Shown piece by piece: positions 62,293-64,000 of a stretch of 64,000 nt of DNA. The translations under genes were made by a program, and so were the position numbers. The notes beneath the pieces were generated by a model. That model worked only from the letters and a program-made list of their open reading frames with translations, had not been told where the DNA came from and ran no database searches. The number at the start of each line of letters is the position of its first letter. Positions within the stretch are counted from its first letter, which is position 1. The stretch comes from Hemiscyllium ocellatum (Eukaryota): NCBI RefSeq assembly GCF_020745735.1, contig NW_026867487.1, forward strand, positions 4,233,239 through 4,297,238, given 5' to 3'.

Positions 62293-64000
62293 GGTTCTCA
62301 CTGCCTTGTCAATTTTTCAGTCAGAATCTCCTCTATCGTCGCACCCCATTCGAATTTGTTCCTGTCAATCATAAACAGCAAGCACTGCAGCAGTCTCTTA
62401 AATAACACAGGGTGGAAAGGCGGGTCAGAGTGAGAACAAACGCAAATTCAAATCAGGACTATTGCAACACAGCTCTGAGTGAAGTACCTGCTTCAGCTGA
62501 GAACAGAAAAATGTGTCACTGCTCAGTTTTGCATCCGGAATTGTTTAATGCTGAGAAACCTGTGACCACCCTGCCCTTTTTGTAACAAAGTAACCGAGGA
62601 CCACGTAGATGGGGAGGGGATTTTAAAATATCTAAATTCATGGAAACATACCATACCGCGTATGCTCAATCGGCCAATACATCTGCACTTTGAAAAGACT
62701 ATCTAATTAATTCCAATCCTTTCACCCTTTCCACGTTTTATTGCTGTGCAACTTATTTTGCCAAGTGCACTTACAATCCCTCGTAGAAAATTTCAAGAGC
62801 ATCCAATACTACCATATTCGCACTGCAGAATTAATCGATATGAATTTGGTTCGATTCATAATTTTGACCTTTCTCTTGATCTTTTTCCGTCTGTTCCAGA
62901 ATACCTTACCAGTGAAAACAATATTGAAGATCTATTTTTTCTATCCTGTTTGTAATTTTGTGCATCTTATTAAAATTTTGCTTAATTTGATCTTGCCTGC
63001 TTCAGTCTGCTTTTTTTTTATTTCTTCTTTCATTTTACTATTTCTCTTTACTTGCTAATTTTCTCCCTTTTGATCAGCATCGGATTTCTGCTAATCCTGG
63101 TTTTACTTTTACCGTGCATGTCTTCAGACCGAGTATCAAATCTATGAGTCTGATTCGGTGTTTGGGGTCATCATCGGTTGTTTGTGAATTTACTCAACAG
63201 AAAATGAATTTTGACTGTTTCAATTATAATTACGCAGCAAATGATTTATTGCAAATTTCTCATAGTTTATTGAGTCCGTGAAGAAGCAGTAGTTTAGAGA
63301 TAATGCACCAGTTAATTATGTCAAAAAAGTATGTCCGAGATATTTGTGCCGGTTTCACAATACCAGAGGGCACAATGTTCTATCGTTGAGGAATATTTCA
63401 GTCTCTTTATAGTAGTGGAGATCACCCCCATCATGCTGTCTATCCGCAGTATTAAAGATGAACACCCTTGATCTTCGTCCTCTCCTTTGGTCAGTCATCC
63501 ACCTGTCTGGGGAAGACTGCTTGATGAAGACTGCTTTCCCCTCTCCTTTGAGTCTATTCTTGATTCCTGCAATGGTCCTTGTACACTAACTTGACCTTAC
63601 CCGCTGTTGCACATTTTCATTGCGGAAGTGGTTTCTTTAAATTCCTTGGCTACAAAGTGGACATTCTAGTGCGGAATTAGGATCGCCTATAATACATCTC
63701 CGAGTGTCTCAATCATGAACGTCTTCGCTCTTTCTCTAAACCCGACACTTTGTTTAATCATATTTTGAGGAGAAGATTAATTCTCTCTGCGCATATGAAT
63801 TATCTAAACCCTTCTTTTCAATGTGTATGGGGCAGCCACTAACGACATCGGCTTATCATCATCCCAGCATCCGGTTCATGTTAGAGTTAGCACAACATGC
63901 TTTTGAAGCTTGACATTTAAACACAACACAAAGAAAATAGTGTGGTGATGTTGGGCAAAGTGATGTAACTGTTGATTGTAATTTCCCTGTTTGTTTTCAG

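Larger units (their letters stand above)
47150..64000. repeat. Tandem segmental duplication of a ~6.4 kb V-containing unit (about 47150-53570, 53570-58470, 58630-62118, 62119-end); diverged paralog at about 15600-21400
   Basis: Long collinear blocks recur, e.g. aatatcaga..ttgacctggctcctgac at 47161 and 53600; gcaattgccaacagatggc at 52508, 57418, 61612; aaatctatgagtctgattc at 19600, 51414, 60512, 63138. Confidence 0.95.

Noticed and set aside
1-64000. tRNA, rRNA, CRISPR or prokaryotic systems; remaining short ORF-track ORFs
   Set aside because: None recognisable; the short ORFs are chance frames or antisense/fragment frames of repeats.

Overview
Eukaryotic genomic DNA, almost certainly a cartilaginous fish (shark/ray), judged from the HE1-like SINEs, CR1 LINEs, Penelope elements and a GPR139-like GPCR family. 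The window is a stretch of a T-cell receptor V-gene array, best fitting TCR alpha/delta. Five V genes on the minus strand look intact (leader exon, short intron, V exon, 23-type RSS): four of one family (17.5, 50, 56, 59 kb) and one divergent (39 kb). By hand I also find decayed V segments the ORF track does not show (34 kb +, 45.8 kb +, 46.1-46.5 kb -, possibly 25.3 kb + and 0.35 kb +) and a leader-only relic at 62.2 kb. One intact two-exon GPR139-like gene (1.1-2.5 kb) and two pseudogene paralogs are interspersed with the V genes. From 47 to 64 kb a ~6.4 kb V-containing unit is tandemly duplicated, with internal deletions and a 160-N gap. Best leads: (1) a chain of phase-1 exon-like segments (84, 126, 317 nt) downstream of the V RSS, fully open and in frame with the V leader in the 50 kb unit; (2) a very young Penelope insertion with identical inverted arms, each with a minimal hammerhead ribozyme core; (3) a repeated pair of divergent CTCF-like motifs around each family-1 V. 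No prokaryotic features, tRNA/rRNA or CRISPR were seen. All coordinates were counted by eye; repeat boundaries are approximate.
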